Notes: a model not told the origin generated them from the sequence alone. A stretch of DNA of 64,000 nt from Octopus sinensis (GCF_006345805.1 NC_043012.1:17794001-17858000), one strand, 5' to 3'; positions 1 to 12,758 are shown, counted from the first letter of the stretch. Made by a program: numbers and translations.

Positions 1-201
1 TATATATTCTTTATGTAAATGTATTTCAAATTTATCCACCGTATTTTCTTTGCCAGATATGTTATTGAGCGTAGCGTTGACAAATTGCTAATTATTTATT
101 GAAAAACATCAATGAATTAATTTTTTCTATAGACGAACTACGATAGCTTGTGCCTTCTGAAGCAGATGTGCGTATATCTGCTTAACATAGACACATAGAA
201 T

Positions 202-239
<38 letters not shown>

Positions 240-245
<6 letters not shown>

Positions 246-600
246 ATCTAGGAATGGTCATTTTGCCAGTTTAGCCAATAAAAACGCACGCACTATATAT
301 TTGGTGTTACTTTGCTTCAGTGTTATTTATTTTTTACATTAGTCTTAATCTTATTTCGGCCGGAGTTCTTTCGTCACACTCCTGTGACGCATCCGTGGTC
401 CTTTGTTTTCTTCTTACTTATTTGTGTCTCTCCTTACTAACCGTCAGCCATTTTGTATTTCTCTGACGGTTAGTAAGGAGAGACACAAATAAGTAAGAAG
501 AAGAAAACAAAGGACCACTGATGCGGTCACAGGAGTGTGACGAAAGAACTCTGGTCGAATTAAGAAGGAGTGGACAAACAAAAGAAGGTCATTCATCCAA
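240..600. mobile_element. Penelope-like terminal (pLTR) fragment containing a long inverted repeat and hammerhead-like motifs
   Basis: Follows (TA)n at 207-238. Arms 355-447 and 463-559 are reverse complements. Shares GGAATGGTCATTT..TGCCAGTT and CTTTCGTCACAC..CTGTGA with the fragment at 18545-18750. Confidence 0.65.
513..556 (+). ncRNA. Minimal type I hammerhead ribozyme-like motif with variant core
   Basis: GACCA-CTGATGCG-GTCACA(GGAG)TGTGAC-GAAA-GAACT-C-TGGTC: stem I GACCA/TGGTC, stem II 6 bp, short stem III, CUC triplet. Core departs from CUGANGA at A9. Confidence 0.55.
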
Positions 601-799
601 TTTATTGGGTGTTACATGTATGGATCAAAACAGCTTGATTCAAATTCGTTGGTGATCTTGAAAGTTTCAAGCGGCTGCTAGTCATCAGCTATATAGTGAT
701 TGACGACTATAATCGTGCTTGAAACTCAAGCAATACATGAACAATAGGGGAACGTGAGTTACCTACCTTACCTTTAAGTTTTACTAAGGAATTCAGTGG

Positions 800-915
800 T
801 TCTCTTATCTTTATTCATCATCAAACTGTGGTCACACTGGGGTACCGCATTGAAGAATTTTAATCGAACAAATTAGCAACAGTTCTTTTTTATGCCTGGT
901 ACTTTTTTATTGTCC
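800..915 (-). mobile_element. SINE family A, degenerate 3' fragment
   Basis: GTGGTCACACTGGGGTACCGCATTGAAG..AATCGAACAAAT resembles the reverse complement of the family A tail seen at 49730-49800. Confidence 0.45.
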
Positions 916-1007
916 TCTTTTATACAACCTATAAATTACCTGAACGTAAACAAACCAACACCAATTGTTAAGCGGTGCTGTGGGATAAACACAAACACAA
1001 ACCTACA

Positions 1008-1044
<37 letters not shown>

Positions 1045-1048
<4 letters not shown>

Positions 1049-1626
1049 CTTCTCTATTAATAAGTTTCTTTACGCTTTGAATCCTCCTGGAATTCCTTCT
1101 CACAAAATGACATTGAAGAAAGGTGTTGCAATCATGCTTTTGAGAAATTTGGATCTCCCAAAGCTGTGCAATGGAACGAGACTGATTGTCAGGCAAATAA
1201 ATCCACATCTTTTGGAAGCAACAATCCTCACTGGGCAAAGAAAGAGAGAAAATGTATTTATTCCAAGACGTTCACTGATTACAGCACACGAGCCCTTTAA
1301 ATTCAAGGAACTTCAGTTTGCAGTAATAGCTTCTTTCGCCATGTCAATTAACAAGTATCGCAGATAATCACTGAAAATTGTTGGACTTCACTCATGCAGC
1401 AATGCTTTTCTCATGGTCAACTCTATGTTGGTTGTTGCAGAGTTGGAAATGGCAAAAAATACTGAAACCATTTGTTTGTCCTGCTGTTTAAAGTGATCTC
1501 CAAATGTGACGATAATGAAAAACTGTCCAAATATGATACTCCGTGATATAAATTTGAGATGGTAGGTTACCAATAAATGCTTTATCAATATTTCTGTCTT
1601 TAGTTTTGGGTTGCAAGCCCAATTAG
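1045..1626 (+). mobile_element. Helitron RepHel fragment (PIF1-like helicase C-terminus), pseudogenised
   Basis: LNPPGIPSHKMTLKKGVAIMLLRNLDLPKLCNGTRLIV...FAMSINK then frameshifted CFSHGQLYVGCCRVG, the canonical Helitron helicase motifs. Possible terminal hairpin GGGTTGCAAGCCC followed by TTAG at 1608-1626. Confidence 0.9.
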
Positions 1627-1910
1627 CCCTTCAGCAGGAGCTAACTCGAAGGTCTACACGTACTGTGACTTTTAAGTCCGTATATATATATATATATATA
1701 TAACATTTTAGTACCGGTTTCAGCATTTCCGACTTTTTCAACTTAGAGTAAATAATGAAACAAAATTAAATAATTACATTGTGAAAAAACTAAATGAATA
1801 TTCTTAAAAATATATCCATAGTTTTCAAATGTAAGAGACATTTTCCTTTTGTCTGTCTGTCTCCCTCTTTTTTACTCCTGTGAGGGCTTGGTAGCAGATA
1901 GTAGTAGCAG

Positions 1911-1961
<51 letters not shown>

Positions 1962-2199
1962 ATGTACATACTTGGCCAAAAGTTACCTGACAGTACGTCA
2001 AAACTCATGAGAGTAAATCAATTGTATGCCAAGATTTATTTATGTTTAACAACTGAAAGAATTTAACAAAAGCATCTAATTATCAAACATAATAAAAATT
2101 GTTCAAACTGAAGTCCTTCTTGATTGACACATTTTCTCTTTCGTGTCAATACAGAAATACAGATAATATTTATGGATTTTCGATTTACTGACGGGTGAC

Positions 2200-3323
2200 T
2201 TTTAGGCCAACCTTGTGTATATACATATACAGGGAACCGCATAAACTACCTGTATAAACTGGCTATAAATGCAGATGTTAATTTTAGCTGTATCCTTAAT
2301 CCTATAATGAAAGTGACAAAGGAGGATATTCGGCATATTTTGCTGTATAAGTTCAATAAAGGCAACAACGCAACGGAAAGTGCGAGGAATATTAATGCAG
2401 TATACGCGGATCGGACAATAAATGTAAGCCAGTGTTAATGGTGGTTCCAAAAATTTCGAGCCGGAAACTACAGCTAGAGGCAGGACATTCTGCAAACCCT
2501 GGTGGAACAAAATCTCATCGTAACTGTTGAGGATAATTTTGGATTTGGTTATTCAACCATTCATCGACACTTGCGTGCCATCGGAAATTTCAGCAGATTG
2601 GGCCCATGACTTCCTCACAAACTAAACGAGTCTAATCGTGAGTCTAATCTTTACTGTCACATCTCACGAATGAATATTTTTCGAACTTAAAAGTGACTGA
2701 TGACATGAAATAGATTCTCTATAAAAATGTCTAGCGCCTAAGACAGTGATATAGAGAAAGGAGAAATACGAGCTCCACGGGCTAAAGAAGATCTTCCACC
2801 ACGTAAGATGTTGTTATCTGTTTGATGGGATGTGATAGGTTTAGTCCACTGTGCATTTGTAGACCCAAACCAAACGATAACAAAGGAGATTTACTGTGAG
2901 CAGCTTGAGTGGTGTAAGTCAGCGCTAGAAGAAAAATGACCATCTTTGGTTTCAAGACGAAAGGTGTTCTTCCATCAGGATAATGCTCGGTCACATACAG
3001 CGAGGATGACATTCCAAAAGCTGAAGCAGTTTGAATGGGAAAAGATCTGCCACCACCATATTCGCCTGACATTGCCCCATCAGATTATTTAGCAAGTCAT
3101 CAAACGCATTTGGACATAAAATATATGAATTCTGTAGACGAGATCAGAACAGTACTTGTGGAGTATTTTTCGTCACGGACAAGTGAATATTGGAAGAGAG
3201 GCCTTGCAAGTCTACCAGGTAGATGGAAAAACATTATAGAAAATGAAGGAGAGTATATTTTAGATTAAAAAAGAACTTTGTTTATCTTAATTTTGAAAAA
3301 TAAAAGTATGGGATGACCTAATA
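2200..3323 (+). mobile_element. Mariner (DD34D-type) transposon, decayed transposase ~2307-3268
   Basis: MKVTKEDIRHILLYKF HTH start, FHQDNARSH, YSPDIAPSDY, LPGRWKNIIENEGEYILD stop. Several stops and frameshifts. Right TIR TATGGGATGACCTAATA at 3307-3323; left TIR not clearly seen. Confidence 0.93.
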
Positions 3324-3392
3324 CATCCATACATAAAAACATACATATATACATATATACATATAAACATATATACATATATACATTAAATA

Positions 3393-3494
<102 letters not shown>

Positions 3495-3729
3495 TATATA
3501 TACACATTATATATATATATATATGAATAATGAGAAAACATTATTTATCCATCCTGTCCCCCCACCTCGTACGAAGGATTAATCAACCAATTGCTAATTT
3601 TGGCTTAGTCATTTACTTAATGTCCCCAAGAGATACTAATGTCTCAAAGAGATACACAATGATATGAATAAAACCATATTCAACTTTTTCCTTCTTCTCT
3701 ATGCTATTTTATATTTATTCTATATTTAT

Positions 3730-3852
3730 TCTTCTCTCTGATGAACCCCCCGGTTTTTATTACCCGGTTTTATTACCCGGTTTTATTACCAAATATGATA
3801 TCAATAACAAATACTATACAATATTGGTAGTTGAAACAGCTGTTAGATGGGA
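3730..3852 (+). ncRNA. Hammerhead-like motif with expanded stem II in a Penelope-type terminal fragment
   Basis: CTGATGA at 3738-3744, GAAA at 3833-3836, palindromic stem III ACAGCTGT at 3836-3843, short stem I TCT/AGA. Stem II is interrupted by three copies of CCCGGTTTTATTA. Confidence 0.45.
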
Positions 3853-3938
3853 TGCAGTCTATTTGTATTGAATTAATAAATAATAATTGATGAATATCAG
3901 TGTTTATTCATCAATATTTCTCCATTTACTATTTGCTT

Positions 3939-3981
<43 letters not shown>

Positions 3982-3984
<3 letters not shown>

Positions 3985-4170
3985 CGATCGTTAGCCACTA
4001 CACAAATTTTTTCTCTCCTTGTTTTTTTCTGTGTCCTTTTCTGTAGAAGAGCTTAGGCTCGAAACGTAAAAGACTTTTTCTATTCCTGAATGTTATACTA
4101 ATACATCTGTTTGTCTTGTACACCACCTGCCTTCGACTTTTGTTTTTGTTTCGTAAACTCTCCCTATATA
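3982..4170 (+). mobile_element. Penelope-like pLTR fragment with variant hammerhead motif
   Basis: TTTT-CTGTAGAA-GAGC(TTAG)GCTC-GAAA-CGT-A-AAAG at ~4036-4073, bounded by (TA)n. The 3' half recurs at 36210-36320. Confidence 0.6.
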
Positions 4171-4249
4171 TATATATAGGGAGAGTTTGTATATATATGT
4201 ACCGACAAAGAGTACAACTGTATCACCAACTTGAAATGTAACTCTAGTC

Positions 4250-5320
4250 TCTAGTCTCTTTGGCATAAAAAAATATGTTAGCAGTTCCAACATGTGAAAC
4301 ACAACGCTTCGGTAACTTTTTACGCATCCCCGAGATTACGATGTACGAGAAATTACTACAAAAGTATGACAACTATTTCTTCAAATATATTCATAATAAT
4401 TGAAAAAGTATCTCGACAATTGCTTCATTCTATGAAACGAAGTCTTAGAGAAACTACACGAATTCAAAATATTACTCAATGAAATTAACAATGCTATACA
4501 GTTCCGTGAGAATGTAGCTAAGATTAACTTCCATTTTTAGGTATCCAAATAATTAAATAAAGATTAACATTTACTATGAACCTATGGACTCCAAATCTTT
4601 TCAATTCGTATCGTCTGAGATGCACAAAAGTAAATGTCCCTTATAACCTCGCCAAAAATATCTGCTCAATTGTATACGATGAAAACATCCGTGAAATACA
4701 ACTTGAATAAGTTGAATATACGCTTCCTGACTGAAATTATTCACCACTCTTAATTACTTATGGAATAAAACGAGTAAAGAAAATTGTCCAGACACTAAGA
4801 TAAACCATAGAAAAAACTATACGTTTCTACCCACAATACTTGATAAATTAAACCTACAGTATTATGTATGAAAACATACCAACACAGAAAGATATATCAC
4901 TGACGAACCAATGTTTTCTGAAGATATTAAAAAGAACCCACAGAAAAAAACAAAAACAACGCAAAACAATGGTAAAAATATGAACACAAGCGAAACATAA
5001 AACAATAACAAAAGCATCAACTTTAAATTATGCAAAAGATCCTACAGTGGTATTGGTTAAAATCTGTCAAAATAATCGGGGGTCCGTCGAAAATGAAAGC
5101 AACTTTTCAAAAGAATAATAACTTTAACATGAATAACATATTGAAAATACCGAGAGAAATTCATACAGCAATGTGAATTCTCCTCCGAACGAAACTTGTC
5201 TCTGCGCGTAAAAAAGAAAGAAAGAAAAGAAAACCAGAATGCAGCGAAATAGGATTCAGGGAACATAAACCCGTGTCGATAAAAATCAACCAACACTTAG
5301 CTTTTCCACATCTACAATTC
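4250..5320 (+). mobile_element. Penelope-like element, decayed RT, thumb and linker toward GIY-YIG
   Basis: KYLDNCFIL (YxDD motif, ~4406), LPFLGIQI (~4528), IYYEPMDSK, PYNLAKNICSIVYDENIREIQL, NYSPLLITYGIKR. Many stops. Confidence 0.8.
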
Positions 5321-5457
5321 CTGCTTCAGCTCCATCTAATGTTAGTGCTGCTTCTAAATATGAGATGGGTAGAATCACTATTACTCTTACCAATGACATT
5401 GAAGACTCTACTACTGCAACTGCTACAAACCACTTCTTAATATTAACATTGCCAGAG

Positions 5458-5890
5458 AAGGTGGTGTCCTAGCTGAATCGTTTGCACGTCGGCCAAAATG
5501 CCTAGCAGCATTTCGTCCGTCTTTACGTTCTGTGTTCAAATTCCGCCGAGGCCGACTTTGCTTTTCATTCTCTTGGCGTCCATAAAATAAGTCCTAGTCG
5601 AACATTTGAGTCGATGTAATCGAGTTATTCCCTGTTCAACATTGCTGGCCTTGTGTCAAATGTTGAAATCAGATTAAAATTGCCTGTGATGGCGGTGAAC
5701 TCCCGGAATCGTTAGCTCGTCGGGTAACATGTTCAGCGGCATTTCGTCAATATTTACGTTCTAACGTCGAGGTCGACTTTACATTTCCTCCTCGCATGGT
5801 CGACAAAATAACTACCAGTTGAACACTGTAATCAATTTACACCCCACCCCAATTGATGGCCGTGTGCCTTCTGTGAAAATTGGAAACGAA
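5458..5890 (+). mobile_element. Two tandem degenerate copies of SINE family B
   Basis: tRNA-like head with B-box-like GTTCAAATTCC then GCCGAGGTCGACTTT..TTTCAT, at 5458-5670 and 5688-5890. Confidence 0.75.
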
Positions 5891-5919
5891 CAGCATTACA
5901 AATAAGGAAAAAGAAAAAA

Positions 5920-6068
5920 AAAGTGTTGGTGTGTTTACGTCTCTGTAACTTAGCGGTACTAAGCTTAAAAAATATGTTCTAGGGTCGATTTGTTCCACTA
6001 AAACCCTTCAAGACAGTGCAGAGGCATGGCCGCAGTCAAATGACAGAAGCAAGTAAAAGAATGAAAGA
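5920..6068 (+). mobile_element. SINE family A, 3' fragment
   Basis: GTGTTTACGTC..GTAACTTAGCGG..GCATGGCCGCAGTCAAATGACAGAAGCAAGTAAAAG. Confidence 0.75.
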
Positions 6069-6107
6069 AAGCACACACTCACACACATACACACACACAA
6101 ACACACA

Positions 6108-6140
<33 letters not shown>

Positions 6141-6170
6141 CACACACACACACAACCGCATATATATATA

Positions 6171-6391
6171 TTTTTATTCTTTTATTTGTTTCGATCGTTT
6201 GACTGCTGCCATGCTGGATTACCGCCTTTTAGTAAAAGAAATCGACCGCAAGTCTCATTCTTTGTAACTCTGGTACTATTCAATCGGCCTCCTTTGCCGA
6301 ATAGCTAAGTTATGGGGACCGAAACACACCAACGTCGGTTGTCAAGCGATGGTGGGGTACAAAAACAGACAAAGGTACACATATAAATAAA

Positions 6392-6424
<33 letters not shown>

Positions 6425-6586
6425 CGGATTTCTTTCAGTTTCCGTCTACGGATTCCAGTCACAGGGCTTTCGGCGGCCGGAGGTGATAGTAAAAGACACT
6501 TTCCTGAGGTGCCACGCAGTGGGTCTGAACCCAGTACGATGTGGTTTGGAAGCAAATATCTTACCACACAGCCACGTCTGGGCCTA
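6171..6586 (-). mobile_element. SINE family A, full length
   Basis: Reverse complement aligns end to end with 11743-12134, including the internal (TA)n. Confidence 0.85.
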
Positions 6587-6599
6587 TAAGGAAACATAA

Positions 6600-6712
6600 A
6601 CTGGTGTTGGTGTGCTTACATCCCCGTAACTTAGCGGTACTAGGCTTATAAGATATGTCCTGGGGGCAGATTTATTCGACTAAATCCCTTCATAGCTGTG
6701 CACCAGCATAAG
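6600..6712 (+). mobile_element. SINE family A, 3' fragment
   Basis: CTGGTGTTGGTGTGCTTACATCCCCGTAACTTAGCGG..ATTCGACTAAA. Confidence 0.65.
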
Positions 6713-7117
6713 GGAACCTTCTTCGCAACTTTACAATAGAAAGGCGGAACTGTAGACGTCATTAAAGTAACCAAGGTCCAAAACAGCACCAACATTGCTT
6801 GAAATAAGAGTGAAACCAACAGTTAACCACAAGAAAATACTTATCCTAATGACTGATCAGGCAGGCAAGCTCCCTACAGTATCCAAGAATAGCCAGATCA
6901 CGATGATTTCGAATTTATATTTATGCTTATCAATGACTTTGACCCGGCGCCTAGGGTTAAACTCAACTCATCCTGTCAGTTTTTATGTTTATGGTAGAAA
7001 TCACACTCTGATTTCATAAATGGTAAAAGTGAAAATTGTAAATAATAATGGTGGCTTATTCGCAAATTTACAATCGAAAGACATACATAAAGCCGTCACT
7101 AAAGTGACTATGGACTA

Positions 7118-7440
7118 TGGGCGCAGGCCTGCCAACCACCTACATAGTATCGGGTTCAGTCCCACTGCGTGGCACCTTGGGCCTGCGTTTCCTACCATAG
7201 CCTCGGGTCAACTAAATCCTTGTGAACGGATTTGGTAGATGGGAACTGAAAGAAGCCCGTCCTATGTGTGTATGCAGTTGTGGCTGTGCTTGTCCCTTCC
7301 GCGCCCACCAACTTGACAACCGGTGTCGATGTATTTATGTTCTCGTAAGATTGCGGTTCGGTCAACGACACCGGTAGAATAAGTGCCACGCCTACAAATG
7401 AGCTGGGATCATTTCGATCGACGAAAATATTTAAGAATAA
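7118..7440 (+). mobile_element. SINE family A, internally deleted copy
   Basis: GGCGCAGG..GGGTTCAGTCCCACTGCGTGGCACCTTGGG..GAACTGAAAGAAGCCCGTC. Confidence 0.75.
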
Positions 7441-8474
7441 AATATAAATAAATAAGTACTATTCCTCTCTCTCTCTCTCTCTAAATATAATATTGTACTC
7501 ATGTATACCTTCACACGCATAAACATGTATATATATATAGAACATGCTCACTCACATACGCATATATATATATATATATATATAACATGTTACTCCAGCC
7601 GCTAGCGTTGAACAGAAAACTCCACCGAGGCTCGGGATTATAACACCGATATTTCTCTGAAATAACACCATACTGTTTTAAAATGTTGACAGACGATTTA
7701 GGTCGTGTAAAAATAGATAAACAATTTCTTAAATATGGAAAGGAAAAGATAGCAGATCACAATAGGTTGTGTGGAACACATATACCATTTCAAATAAGAA
7801 CTGACTACATGCAAAAGAGAACAACAGCCGTAACAATAGAACTGTTTCATAAACATTGATGTATTGCTAAGTAGTAACAACAGCCACAACAATCTCAGAA
7901 CTAATATTTTCATTTGGATGTTCTGAACTGTTGGTAACTAATATATTTGCCATGGAAACATACTACTAGAAACTTGAACTGGGTTGCTATATAACCACCT
8001 CTACCATTATTGAAATCTGATTATAACGACTCTGATATCATCTTTCTCAAAACTGCTATTCTAGAAAATGTGATAGAGAAAGTATATTTCTTACTCTAGG
8101 GAGAGACATAGATGTCACGCGTTGCTAGTCATTATAGTCGGATGATGTTCGTTTTACGATGGGATCTCTATATTCTCACCGAGTAATTGATCGGTGTCAG
8201 TTTAAGCACTTATTACGTGTACACTCCCGATGTGAAGAAGATTTCTTAGACATACTCCCATACATACAAGCAAACGAATACATTCGCATCTACGCATATA
8301 GCGAAGTAGAGTGAAGCATAAATTACACCCACTCTTAGATACGCAAACTCAATCACACGTATACATGCGTATATACACAAGCACGCGCAGGTACATGCAT
8401 ACGCAGAAACATCTTAGTTGTACTCACCCACACATTGAAAGAGATGCAACATATGCATACTTATGTATATACAT

Positions 8475-8510
<36 letters not shown>

Positions 8511-8535
8511 AATATATACATACATACTTATATAC

Positions 8536-8594
<59 letters not shown>

Positions 8595-8613
8595 TATATA
8601 TGAATATATATGA

Positions 8614-8647
<34 letters not shown>

Positions 8648-8744
8648 TATATATACAGAGCGAGAGAGAGAGATACTTATGTATATGTATATATGAGTGT
8701 ATACTTCATATATCTATCTATCCATATATATACATATACTTATG

Positions 8745-8823
<79 letters not shown>

Positions 8824-9263
8824 CTGTGTATGTATATGCACATATATCACGTGCATATATATCCAAAAACGTAAATACGTCATTTAGATAGTTGAGATAG
8901 TTGAGACTTCACACTTACTAAGTTGACTTTATATTCCCTTCATAAAAAGTAGATAAAAACTTTGTAGTTCCACACTTGGAGTTGCTGCATTCAACTGACA
9001 GCCGAGAGGGAAAAGGCAGTGTGATAAAGGATTTTATTAGCGATGTTGCACTGGCAAAATCTGAAAAAGAAAAATGTTTCGAGTTACGCAACAGTGTTAA
9101 AAATACTCTTATTTCGTTCAATTTTGACCATATTAATACTGAAAAGTATAATAAGCAAAGAAGATGTTCACATGAAACTCAAACTATGGAAGAAGTAGAG
9201 TTAGGTGACTGAGCGCTCTATCATTTCAAACAGCGTATTTCTTTCTATTCACGTTGGAATAAC

Positions 9264-10400
9264 TATCAGGTCATCCCATATGTTCTGTCCGAATTTTGAA
9301 TAAAGAAAACAAGTGATCAAATATTATATTTAATTGAAATTTAATCATCAATGTAATTTCCCTCTGAATTTCTATGACTTCCTTCCATCTATTTACAAGC
9401 TTTTTATTCCCATTAATGTAAAACTCTTTTGGTTTCAAAGCGAAGAACTCTTAAATGTCAGTTTCGATCACTTCCTGGTTTGCGAAAGTTATGTCCCCCA
9501 AATGATTCTGTAAACTATGAAACAAATGGTAGTCTGAAGGACCAAGATCGGAAGAATAAAGTAGCTGTGGAATTTTTTTCCCAACCAAGCTCTTCGCGCA
9601 TTGTCCTGATGAAACGTCACTCTTTTTCGATTCACTAAAGCGGCTCTTTCTTTCTTCAAAGCTTGGTTCAAACTCTCTAATTGCTGATAGTAGACTTGAG
9701 CATTGATTGTTGAAGTGAATTGCTCCCTTGCATTCGCACCAGATAGAGAAAAGAAAGTTTTTCCCATGAAGTTCCCTCCTCGGTTGTGTTTCAGCTTTTT
9801 CCCTTTTACCAAGCCACTGTTTACGACGTTTAACATTTCGATAGAAGATCAATTTTTCTTCACCAGTCACAAGACTATCCAAAGAGGGTTAAATAATTTC
9901 GCAAGAATGGAGAGAAGAGCAGATGTGAACTCGGGATTTACGGTTGCTTTCGGACAATTCACGAGGCAGCCATGTTCCAAGTTTAGGAATCTTTCGAAGT
10001 TGTTGAAGATGAAGAAGCGCAGTTTTATGGTTTGAAGAAAGCTTTGTTGCCAATCCTTCAACTGGTAATGCAGGATTTTCTTCAAGTATTGCCTCAAAGA
10101 GCTTACCATCAAACGCAGCTGGTCGTCATCTTTGATCTTCATCTTCAAGGCTGAAATCTTCTGCAAGTTCTTTCATTCAAGCATTCTTTCCCATAAACTT
10201 AGTGTACGTTTCGAGTCGCTTCGGCTTCAGAGTTTCCTTTTTATGTACTCATAAAGTATTATGTGCCTGATGAAATACTCTTTTGATACTTCCGTGTTAG
10301 AAAGGGTTTTAATCAAATAAATTTTAATTCTATGATTCTGTAACATAATTTTTAATTAGTTTAAACGTGCACAAATGCATAAAAATAACTTTTGATTCCA
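9264..10400 (-). mobile_element. Mariner transposon, decayed transposase ~10295-9360
   Basis: Minus strand: EVSKEYF(I)RHIILYEY HTH start, DSLVTGEEKLIFY, VTFHQDNAR, YSSDLGPSDYHLFHSLQNHL. TIR TATCAGGTCATCCCATA at 9264-9280 matches the TIR of the first mariner. Confidence 0.92.
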
Positions 10401-10544
10401 CTACACATCCTAGAATACTATTAAATTTCATTCAATTTAAAAAACAAAGGTAACAGAAGAGATGGCGGCGTGGATTTCCACCTCGACATCCGAAACTTGG
10501 AGTTTTATTGTGGCTACCGAATAATTGTCACATATTACTTTTAC

Positions 10545-10603
<59 letters not shown>

Positions 10604-10672
10604 ATACACATATATACATATATACATAAACATATACATACATATATACACACACACATTCATATATATACA

Positions 10673-10770
<98 letters not shown>

Positions 10771-10778
10771 TTGTATGT

Positions 10779-10822
<44 letters not shown>

Positions 10823-11742
10823 ATATATAATATATATATATATAATATATATATATGTATGTATGTATGTATACATGTATAACGCGTATGATAAAGTCGG
10901 CCACTCACTGGTGATATGTCGATGCATTAACGTGAAAATAATGTTCGTATGTTGTAGCCAACTTGGCATTGAAAAACGACCTGGCTACATTATTCTGGAC
11001 TTACCTGACCTGATTGACCAAAAGTTCAAAATAAACTATGCAGATATAATCATGAATGGGTTGTACGATAATATCGTTGTTCTTAATTGATAACAAGGAA
11101 CATTTGATAAAAATGTTCTCTAGCCGCGTTGCGAGAGACATGTTCTGAGTCGAGGGCATTCAATATAAAATCGGAGGAACGAGGGGGATGAAGATGAATG
11201 GTAACACAGACCATCATAAAAGTAAAAAGGTGTAACAAAACCATAATATGGATGGGTGAGAATACACACTTCAGTATCTTGTCTCGATGTTCATAAACCA
11301 TATTGAAAATATTATACTTCAGATTAAATAGCACAAATCTGGCTCTAAAATTTAGACACAACACATGCAGTATCCTTAAAACAATATATGCAGGTTACAG
11401 TTATTCGCGTGCAAGTGTTGTATGGCAACATGGACCAGCAGAAGATTTGAGGTTTAGAATATGAAGTGAGGAAGAGAGAGAGAGAGAGAGAAAGAGAGAG
11501 CGAGGGGAGAGCGCCAGGGAGAAAGTGAGAGAGAGAGAAAACTGTACATGCACACGGTTGGTACTCGTTAGAGTCAAGATAATGTGTGGAATGTGAAATG
11601 AAGTTAATGTTCACAGACAGTGCACAAATGTGAAATTTATAGATAAACCACAAACATGAATCTAACGAGTACCTAGATCAAAGGAAAAAGAAAAAAAGGT
11701 AATGCTACAATTTACAACTACATTTGCAAATAAGTTATCATA

Positions 11743-12134
11743 GGCGCAGGAGTGGCTGTGTGGTAAGTAGCTTGCTAACCAACCACATGGTTCCGGATTC
11801 AGTCCCACTGCGTGGCATCTTGGGCAAGTGTCTTCTGCTATAGCCCCGGGCCGACCAATGCCTTGTGAGTGGATTTGGTTAACGGAAACTGAAAGAAGCC
11901 TGTCGTATATATGTATATATATGTATGTGTGTCTGTGTTTGTCCCCCTAGCATTGCTTGACAACCGATGCTGGTGTGTTTACGTCCCGTCACTTAGCGGT
12001 TCGGCAAAAGAGACCGATAGAATAAGTACTGGGCTTACAAAGAATAAGTCCCGGGGTCGATTTTCTCGACTAAAGGCGGTGCTCCAGCATGGCCGCTGTC
12101 AAATGACTGAAACAAGTAAAAGAGAGTAAAGAGT
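11743..12134 (+). mobile_element. SINE family A, full length, low divergence (tRNA-derived)
   Basis: A-box TGGCTGTGTGG, B-box-like GGATTCAGTCCC, CORE-like TTGGGCAAGTGTCTTC, internal (TA/TG)n, tail CAGCATGGCCGC..AAACAAGTAAAAGAGAGTAAAGAG. Confidence 0.88.
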
Positions 12135-12595
12135 ATATATTGAAATATAATCGAGGAACAAAGAAAAACGAAAAATATCCTCAAAACAAAGGAGAAACCT
12201 TGTAGGATAATTCAGCCCTTCCTACACTCAAATATGGATATGTCTGACAGGCGGAAACCAAGTGTTTTAATTCCGTTCTTACCGATAACAGTGAGCAGCA
12301 TAAATAACCTTGATTTATTCATGCACTCGAGCATTGCCCTTTCTCACCTGTCTTTCCTTAAACCTACAGAAAGAGAGCACCTCTGTATTCGGAGTGACGT
12401 TTCGCTATACAAGTTGATAAGGACGATACCTCAGCGGTAAAATTATTCCGCCATCAGACCTTTTAACATTGCATAACATAAAACTTCCTTTCGCTGTTCT
12501 GATGACTACTTCAGGATCTTCTTTGTCAATGGAATGCGCTAGTTTCATCTACGTTAAATATGTGACTGAGATGTGTGTGTGTATATATATAAAAT

Positions 12596-12690
12596 ATTAG
12601 AAAAAAACCACCTTTTATCAATTCAAAGTTAATAATTAAATTACACCATATAGATTTATTTGGATTTTATTCCCTGAAATAATAATAATA
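12596..12690. mobile_element. Penelope-like terminal fragment (TTAGAAAAAAACCACCTTTTATCAATTCAAA family)
   Basis: Same start as 55083 (followed there by GIY-YIG coding sequence) and 45538. Flanked by (TA)n. Confidence 0.6.
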
Positions 12691-12696
12691 TATATA

Positions 12697-12755
<59 letters not shown>

Positions 12756-12758
<3 letters not shown>

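Noticed and set aside
655-735. CTGATGA..GAAA on the minus strand within a short degenerate inverted repeat
   Set aside because: Stem II is weak and I cannot build stems I and III, so it is not counted as a hammerhead.
10437-11090. Long ORFs such as the 206-aa frame at 10470-11090 and many YI, LSIY, poly-I and poly-N frames
   Set aside because: They are translations of (TA)n, (TATC)n, (AAT)n and similar repeats that lack stops in some frames.
11743-11815. tRNA gene calls for SINE heads (also 35443 and 57447)
   Set aside because: A and B boxes are present but there is no complete cloverleaf, and each runs into a SINE body.
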